The translations under genes and the position numbers were made by a program. DNA of 64,000 nucleotides. Origin: a virus (lineage: Duplodnaviria; Caudoviricetes). Under the pieces are notes generated by a model. The model was given only the letters and a program-made list of their open reading frames with translations. It made no database searches and had not been told where the DNA came from. This document shows positions 57,949-64,000 of this stretch, piece by piece (within the stretch, counting starts at the first letter, position 1; each line of letters starts with the position of its first letter). Location of the stretch: positions 608-64,607 of IMG/VR virus record IMGVR_UViG_3300010356_003652. One strand, written 5' to 3'.

Positions 57949-59358
57949 ATGCGTCCAAAGGAATATTCTGTTAGAGAAGTTTTTAATAATACATCAATAG
58001 GACTTAAATTCGAGTTCTTTTCTTCTAAAAAGACTGAATTTATTGCTGAAGACCTGTCAAAGGCTTTAGGAAAAAATGTAGTTATCACTGGTGATTTCAA
58101 AAGTATTCCAACTTGGTCATCCTCTGTTCTATTAAAAGAATACAACGGAAAAAGACCTAGATACCAATTAAAAGTAGCTCAGCAGGATTATCCATCGATA
58201 TTAACTGGATTACATTCAGTTCTTGAATGGATAAAAGAAAATGCTGCTCTTGATTACAGCACAAAATTATCTATAGATTTATCCTTTAATCATAGGCACT
58301 TACAAACTCTTTCATCCATATCTCATATGGATATAGGAAAAATGATTCTCAAGATTGATGAGAATTTCCTCTATAATAAATTTCCCATGATGTCTAAATC
58401 TCCCTTTGCGTTATCTGTAAAGAGAATAATTCCATTTGATGGGTTTATCAATATTTCTACTTCTCTATCAAATTTAGGAAATAATTTCCAGCTTCCCGTA
58501 TCTGAACACTATGCGATAGACTTTACAGAACAACCAATGGGAATTCTCCGCTTTAACTATATTGGTGGAAAATATACCGAAAAACTTCATGAGGTCAATG
58601 AGGCTATAAAATATTATATTATTTCAACATATCAGGTTCTAAATACATCAGGATTTAGTGTTGATATGAAACATGAATTGGATAAGATCGTTGAAAATTA
58701 TTCGAAGATAAGAAGATGCTATAATGAGCCTGATTTCTTTTTGAAAGAGTTTAAAGATATTAAGGTCTCAGTAGATCTTAAAATAGGAGAGCAAGTAATA
58801 AAAACATATTGGGACAAGATGAGATCTCCCCTCTTAAAACTTATGTTAGAAACGGATATCAAAAAAGGATACTTTAACTGGGATTCAGATTTAGGGCGAT
58901 TTGAACTAAATAATTCTGAAATATCAGGAGCAAAAATAAAAGGCCTTAATCTTATTGATTGTAAAGTAACGGGGCTTATAGAAAACTGCCATTTATGGAG
59001 AAGTAATTTAGAAAATTCCAGAATAATTAATTCGGTTATTGTAGCAGGAAATAAGATCCAATCCTCTCTAGTAGAAGGATGCCGAGCAGATAGGGGGAAC
59101 ACTATAGAAAGATCATATATAATAAACAGAGGAGAAATTATTAATTGTAAGGTTAATGAATCTATTATAAAAAATGCAGGCCTAGGGGCTCAAGCTAAAA
59201 TTGATGAAGAATGCACTGTTATAGAAGATCGTCAAAAGCTCTCCCCCGAACCGGCAAAAGGAATAGCTTCCGAAGAGATCAGAGATTACAAATGGATAAA
59301 GAGCATGAGCAAGTCTGAAGATAAAGGATTTGGGAATGAATATAAAATTAAATACTAA
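57949..59358 (+). CDS. degenerate amidoligase-like protein with a C-terminal beta-helix
   Basis: IGLKFEFF, YSTKLSIDLSF and ILRFNYIGG echo amidoligase GxEFEF, SCGLHIN and IEFR..GG; C-terminal repeats such as IENCHL and IINSVI. Confidence 0.45.
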   Translation: MRPKEYSVREVFNNTSIGLKFEFFSSKKTEFIAEDLSKALGKNVVITGDFKSIPTWSSSVLLKEYNGKRPRYQLKVAQQDYPSILTGLHSVLEWIKENAALDYSTKLSIDLSFNHRHLQTLSSISHMDIGKMILKIDENFLYNKFPMMSKSPFALSVKRIIPFDGFINISTSLSNLGNNFQLPVSEHYAIDFTEQPMGILRFNYIGGKYTEKLHEVNEAIKYYIISTYQVLNTSGFSVDMKHELDKIVENYSKIRRCYNEPDFFLKEFKDIKVSVDLKIGEQVIKTYWDKMRSPLLKLMLETDIKKGYFNWDSDLGRFELNNSEISGAKIKGLNLIDCKVTGLIENCHLWRSNLENSRIINSVIVAGNKIQSSLVEGCRADRGNTIERSYIINRGEIINCKVNESIIKNAGLGAQAKIDEECTVIEDRQKLSPEPAKGIASEEIRDYKWIKSMSKSEDKGFGNEYKIKY

Positions 59359-59360
59359 AG

Positions 59361-60095
59361 ATGACTAAAGCCGAATTAGTTGAAGAAGTAAAGGGGGAAT
59401 TAACTGCTTCCTGCGCTCTACCATATTCGCCTCCAACAAAAGAGATCGAAAGGATAATCGATAAGGAGATGAGGTGGCTTTATAGAGAGTATCGAGAATT
59501 GCTACAGGATAAAATATACGTTATTAATAGAAGATATTTCCAAACGCCTGAGTTTAAAAACTCCAGGACTATGCAAATGAATAATTGCACAGAAGGTGTT
59601 AAGAAAGTTGTTGAAATGACTGGCGGTAGTAGAGTCTTTGGTATTAATGATCCAGATATGAGTTTTGATAGACTTATGGCATCGGATCTATATTTAACCC
59701 CCCTTTCATCAGATCAGATTACTTATAGAACTATTCAGTGGAGTTTCTGGGATTTAGCTAGAGGATTTAATCTGGTTGATATAAATCATGATTTTAATCC
59801 TAATACTCATAGACTTATTATAACTGGTCGAACACCAAATGAGAGTCTAATGGTATTAGCTATGGACCATATTCCGGAAGAGGATGCTTATGAAGATACA
59901 GTGGTTATAGAATGGATGATTGCAAAATCGAAAATATCTTTGGCAAGAATTTTAGGAGCATTTAATTATAATCTTTTAGGAAACGTTACAATTAATTTTG
60001 AACAGTGGAGATCAGAGGGGCAGGAAGAATTAGAGAGATTAAGAGAGAAAATAAAAGGCGATGATACTGCCGACTGGTTCCTATTTTTCCCATAA
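59361..60095 (+). CDS. gp13: neck protein (T4 gp13-like)
   Basis: EWMIAKSKISLARILGAFNYNLLGNVTINFEQWRSEGQEELERLREKI resembles the gp13 C-terminus (..LPGGVTIDG..EARxExE.LREEL). Confidence 0.7.
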   Translation: MTKAELVEEVKGELTASCALPYSPPTKEIERIIDKEMRWLYREYRELLQDKIYVINRRYFQTPEFKNSRTMQMNNCTEGVKKVVEMTGGSRVFGINDPDMSFDRLMASDLYLTPLSSDQITYRTIQWSFWDLARGFNLVDINHDFNPNTHRLIITGRTPNESLMVLAMDHIPEEDAYEDTVVIEWMIAKSKISLARILGAFNYNLLGNVTINFEQWRSEGQEELERLREKIKGDDTADWFLFFP

Positions 60096-60103
60096 TAGAT
60101 AAT

Positions 60104-60529
60104 ATGAAGTTAGTAAGAGAATATATTGAACCAGTTAATTTTTATAGCAAGATGGATTTTGAAAAAACAGGAGATCCTCTAAAGGATATGCAGTTGGGTC
60201 AGAAAGCTAGAATATCTCAGTGGCTAGATTCCAAGGGAATCGAGAACTATAAAATTCTGGAGGACCTAACTATCGATGTTTTTGATGACGTAAATTTAGT
60301 TGGGGAGGAGTTGGAAGAATTACCAGAATTCATCAAATTTAATAAGATATATGGCGGATTTTATGCAGGAGGGAATAATTGGAAAAATCTTGAAGGATTT
60401 CCTAAAGAAGTTCTGGGAGATTTTCAGTTAAGATCCCCTTCAGCCCCAGCTTTTTATAATATTGTTAAGAGATTTAAAGAAGAAAAAATAAGAAAATTAA
60501 TAAAAATTCATGGGAAAGTTTACAACTAA
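60104..60529 (+). CDS. tag-bearing protein with an LRR-like/beta-solenoid repeat
   Basis: MKLVREY..MDFEKTGDPLKDMQLG; KFNKIYGGFYAGGNNWKNLEGFPKEVLGDF. Confidence 0.6.
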   Translation: MKLVREYIEPVNFYSKMDFEKTGDPLKDMQLGQKARISQWLDSKGIENYKILEDLTIDVFDDVNLVGEELEELPEFIKFNKIYGGFYAGGNNWKNLEGFPKEVLGDFQLRSPSAPAFYNIVKRFKEEKIRKLIKIHGKVYN

Positions 60530-62234
60530 TCAGATGATAGAGTTTTATCCCAGATGGGAAGATCATATCATGGAGACCAAGGGAGGATCACCAATCCCCA
60601 AGGCTGCAAAGATTGATGAAATGGGAACAGTCTATACTAAGGATGGTGAAGCTATAGATATGAAGCATCTCCGAAATGAGATGGAGAGTGCTAAAACAGC
60701 TATTGTTTCTCAGTCTCCTCTTTTTGCTCCGTATGTTCATAATTTCACTCCTATCTATACATGGCTAGTTCCTACAATGGCAACCGATGGAATTAGACTA
60801 TTTGTTAACCCTAAGTTCGCTAATGATCTAGACTGGAATCAGAAAATATTTGTTATAATTCACGAGATTATGCACTGTGTTCTTCTTCATATAGATCGTC
60901 AGAAAGGAAGGGACCCTAAATTATTTAACGTTGCAGGAGATTTAGAGATAAATCCTCTTATTGTCGATACGATTAACGATTTTGACGAGGCATTTATTAA
61001 AAAATTAGGAGGTCTTTACGATAAAAAATATCTTAATCAGCCTGTAGAATTTATTTATGAGGATATTAAGAAGAATATGCCTAATATGCCTCCAAACCAG
61101 CAAAATAATCAAGGATCCGGTCAGGGTGACCCACAACAAGGTCAGGGTCAGGGCTCCGGCGGGGGACAAGGGCAAGGAGGAGGCGGAGGTCAGCCAGGAA
61201 AGATTGATCCAAAGGTCGGAGATAAAGTAAAAATTAGAGCTACCGGTCAGGAGGGGGTAGTTAGTGCTATAAATCCCGACGGAACTTATGAAGTAGATAT
61301 TGTTAATGAAAGTTTCTATCCCTCATTAAAAGCTCTTTTAGAGAGTTATACAAGAGAAGAAATTATTCCTATTATTGAAGGTCCAGCACCTCCTCCAGCA
61401 AGTGGAAATGTAGGAGGAGCAGGAGATCCAAATAGCGAAGTTATCTATAAACAAATGGCCGAACACGATCCCGCGGGAACAGGTGGAGTTATCTCAGAAG
61501 AGCAAGGAAAGAAAATTGCTCAGGAATCAGGATATGATGTAGAAGCAGGGGAAGCAGGACCAGATGTCAATGCTAAAGATAAGTGGAACGTTGAGTCTTC
61601 AAAGATGCTTGACCAAATGGAAAAATCCAAGCAATATGGATCCGGTAAGGGAAAAGCTCTATTGACTGCTCTTGCTCGAATTCACAGAGGAGAAGTTAAC
61701 TGGAAGAATATCTTCCGTAGATATGTAGCAACCGCACTATCTCCAGAAATCTATCACCGAATTGGAAATAAGAAACACCTGGGTAAAGAATATCTCAAAT
61801 ATGGTGAGAAAAAGAAAATGGATTCACTTGAAAATATCGTGGTTCTTGTAGACGTATCCGGTTCTATGAGTAAAGAAGTTCTCGAGAGAATTCTGGGAGA
61901 AATAAATTCAATTATATTTTCCAAAAGAGTTAATACCATTACAGTTGCTTTCTTTGATGATGGAGTTGATAAGAATAGCGTCCAGAAAATTAAAAAACAT
62001 GGATCAAGACCATGGATTCCAAAGAATGTCGCTGGTGGAGGCGGAACAAACTTTCAAAAGGCATTAGATTGGGTAAGTGAAGAATTACATGATAGAGTCT
62101 CTCTACTTGTATTCTTTACTGATGGATATGCTCCTATGCCTAAAAAACCTAAATATACAAACAAATTTATCTGGGTTCTTTATGATAATGCTACATTCCA
62201 GCAGCCATTTGGTAAAATGATTAATTTAAGTTAA
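60510..62234 (+). CDS. metallopeptidase-VWA protein (DUF2201-like architecture)
   Basis: TMATDG, HEIMH (HExxH), MIDAS VDVSGSMS, GGGTNF, FTDG. Confidence 0.85.
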   Translation: MGKFTTNQMIEFYPRWEDHIMETKGGSPIPKAAKIDEMGTVYTKDGEAIDMKHLRNEMESAKTAIVSQSPLFAPYVHNFTPIYTWLVPTMATDGIRLFVNPKFANDLDWNQKIFVIIHEIMHCVLLHIDRQKGRDPKLFNVAGDLEINPLIVDTINDFDEAFIKKLGGLYDKKYLNQPVEFIYEDIKKNMPNMPPNQQNNQGSGQGDPQQGQGQGSGGGQGQGGGGGQPGKIDPKVGDKVKIRATGQEGVVSAINPDGTYEVDIVNESFYPSLKALLESYTREEIIPIIEGPAPPPASGNVGGAGDPNSEVIYKQMAEHDPAGTGGVISEEQGKKIAQESGYDVEAGEAGPDVNAKDKWNVESSKMLDQMEKSKQYGSGKGKALLTALARIHRGEVNWKNIFRRYVATALSPEIYHRIGNKKHLGKEYLKYGEKKKMDSLENIVVLVDVSGSMSKEVLERILGEINSIIFSKRVNTITVAFFDDGVDKNSVQKIKKHGSRPWIPKNVAGGGGTNFQKALDWVSEELHDRVSLLVFFTDGYAPMPKKPKYTNKFIWVLYDNATFQQPFGKMINLS

Positions 62235-62273
62235 AATTATTAGGATAAATATAAAAAATATAAATACGAAAAA

Positions 62274-63806
62274 ATGAAAAAACTAGTTAGCGAATCCATT
62301 CAGGAGTTTAGAGAAAGAAAAGCTCTTAATGAAGGCGTATTCTCCAAAATAGGAGGTGCCATTAAGAGATTTTTACAAAAAGTAGGAAAATTCTTCTGGT
62401 TCTTAAATCCAGAAGGCCAGGCCGAACCTGTTATTGCTCCTGTTAATATTGGTATTATGACCAAAGGAAGAATGATCAATCCTGCTATTTCTTTCTTACC
62501 TAATCAAGCAGACTTAGAATTGGAGCCTGGATTAAGATCTGAAACGGCTGAAAAGATCCTCGCAAAAAGAGGTCCAGAAGAGGCTAATGAAAATCTTAAT
62601 GAGGCGAGAGTTCAGCTTGAACACCCAGATAAAAACGTTCCTAATGTTAATAAGGACGAGCTCTATATGGAAATTGAAATGGCACTTGAAAATCCGGAAG
62701 GAAAACCTCTTATGATTTGGGGAGCTCCTGGTATTGGAAAGACAAAAATTGTTCAGGCAGTTTTAGGTGCTAACTCAAAGGGAAGACTTATTGACGTTCA
62801 GACTTCAAAAATGGCTCCAGATGACTGGGCTCTTCCTGCAATTGCTAAAATGGAAACAGGCGAATTAAAACCTCTTGACCTTCCTAAATCTTGGCTTCCT
62901 GTCTATAAACCAACTGGAGATCCCAAGAAGGATAAGGAATTGGATGATGCAGCTAACGAAGGTGAAGGCGGAGTTCTATTCTTGGATGAGCTTTCAAGAG
63001 CATCCGGTTCAGTTCAGAACACCTGTCTAAAACTCGTAGACGAAAGAATTATTGGAGACGCTAGAATTGGTTCAAAATGGGTTATTATTGCTGCTTCCAA
63101 CAGAGCAGAAGACGATCCCGATTCGGTTCAGAACTTCTCAACCGCTCTTGGAAACAGATTCGAACAGGTTAATTACGTTCCTGATTTTAAAGGATGGAAA
63201 GAATGGGGTATTGATAAAATAGACCCAAGAATCCTAGACTTCCTAGAATTCAACCAGGAATACTTCTATACACTAGAGGATGATCCCGAAAAATCCATCT
63301 TTGCTTCTCCACGTTCATGGCATGCTGCTTCAGATGCAATGGCTAAATTAATGCAATGGGGTAAGAAAAATGGCAAACGTATTACCATTCCTATGCTAAC
63401 TAAGGCAATTGGTAAAAACGTTGGTATGGATATTGCTACAGAACTTAGCACATTCCTCAGATTACTTGAAACTTTCAGGAAAGAGGATATCGAAAAGATC
63501 CTTAAAGATCCTGATAAAGCTCCGCTTCCAAAGAAAGCTGGTTCTGGATATGATCAGTCAGAAGCTAATGCTCTTATATCTCTTGTAATTACTTCAACAA
63601 GAGGTAGAGAACTAGATCCTAAGGAATTTACTAACTTTGCTAAATATCTTGTAAGACTTGACAATCCATCTCTTGCAACAAGAGGACTTAAGATGATGTT
63701 TGACGTTCATAAGTATATGCACGAAGAACTGGGTGAAGTAGAAGGACGCGACAAATACAAAGAAGGTGTAGATATCTTCATCGAAAAATATAAAGATATA
63801 TTCTAA
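62274..63806 (+). CDS. MoxR/AAA_5-type ATPase, partner of the VWA protein
   Basis: WGAPGIGKT, LFLDELSRA, AASNRAED, ALGNRF, SPRSW. Confidence 0.88.
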   Translation: MKKLVSESIQEFRERKALNEGVFSKIGGAIKRFLQKVGKFFWFLNPEGQAEPVIAPVNIGIMTKGRMINPAISFLPNQADLELEPGLRSETAEKILAKRGPEEANENLNEARVQLEHPDKNVPNVNKDELYMEIEMALENPEGKPLMIWGAPGIGKTKIVQAVLGANSKGRLIDVQTSKMAPDDWALPAIAKMETGELKPLDLPKSWLPVYKPTGDPKKDKELDDAANEGEGGVLFLDELSRASGSVQNTCLKLVDERIIGDARIGSKWVIIAASNRAEDDPDSVQNFSTALGNRFEQVNYVPDFKGWKEWGIDKIDPRILDFLEFNQEYFYTLEDDPEKSIFASPRSWHAASDAMAKLMQWGKKNGKRITIPMLTKAIGKNVGMDIATELSTFLRLLETFRKEDIEKILKDPDKAPLPKKAGSGYDQSEANALISLVITSTRGRELDPKEFTNFAKYLVRLDNPSLATRGLKMMFDVHKYMHEELGEVEGRDKYKEGVDIFIEKYKDIF

Positions 63807-64000
63807 TGTTAGTTTGCGAAACTTTAGAACAATTCCTTAATGAGTGGATCGATCCCGCTGAAGATAGATGGGCTAACAGACAAATTGATCTATACTTAAA
63901 AAGGAAGCAAGGAATAAATCCTAACGAAGATCCAGAGGAGATATTATCATCTCCTCAGGATCTCGAGGTTCCACAGGGTATCCCGAATATAAAAGAGTTC
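63806..64000 (+). CDS. partial ORF running off the window
   Basis: Hand translation MLVCETLEQFLNEWIDPAED... is open to base 64000; ATG overlaps the previous TAA. Confidence 0.65.
   Translation, partial: MLVCETLEQFLNEWIDPAEDRWANRQIDLYLKRKQGINPNEDPEEILSSPQDLEVPQGIPNIKEF

Noticed and set aside
1751-63451. Numerous 60-190 aa ORFs overlapping longer genes (e.g. 2094, 2466, 12396, 27382, 29506, 36125, 40944, 58719)
   Set aside because: Antisense or off-frame shadows of well-supported genes, with Ser/Phe/Leu-rich composition typical of AT-rich reverse frames.
1-64000. Stop-codon reassignment, as seen in some large phages
   Set aside because: Core genes (gp41, gp46, gp47, portal, fibres) are full length in the standard code. 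TAG stops look rare among the ends I checked, but no gene needs read-through.
1-64000. CRISPR array, diversity-generating retroelement or integrase
   Set aside because: No regularly spaced direct repeats, reverse transcriptase motifs or tyrosine/serine recombinase motifs seen by eye.

Overview
AT-rich, gene-dense 64 kb segment of a large T4-like (myovirus/jumbo-type) dsDNA phage genome, read in the standard genetic code. Weak sequence hints point to a Bacteroidota host: TATATTAGC -7-like boxes, A-rich leaders without a Shine-Dalgarno, and a tmRNA tag starting with Gly. 1-39.1 kb (+ strand) mixes replication, recombination and nucleotide genes (gp52 topoisomerase subunit, gp45-like clamp, PhoH, the C-terminal half only of a split family-B polymerase, UvsX/RecA, gp41 helicase, gp47/gp46, DinG-like helicase, Tmk) with head and neck genes (gp21-like, gp15, gp4, gp2, gp20 portal) and two sigma factors (gp55-like and ECF-like). 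39.2-56.6 kb (- strand) is a tail/fibre module with two S74-chaperone fibres. 56.7-64 kb (+) encodes a ribosomal protein S1-like protein, gp13 neck and a VWA-metallopeptidase/MoxR-type AAA pair. Four free-standing homing-type endonucleases are interspersed. Most notable: (1) a circularly permuted two-piece tmRNA gene (acceptor piece ahead of the coding piece, G3:U70, tag GAFKSELRVAA) alongside a phage S1; (2) a recurring peptide tag, (E)S-x-x-F-x-R-G-x-D-P-x4-G-[IL]-G, plus xxE/S-type N-termini, fused to unrelated cargo, including a three-unit apparent polyprotein, suggesting a capsid-targeting/protease-release system; (3) several apparent pseudo-enzymes (gp21 paralogue without the catalytic His, PhoH with Walker A Lys-to-Arg, degenerate amidoligase). 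All family assignments come from motif recognition by eye; no database searches were run.
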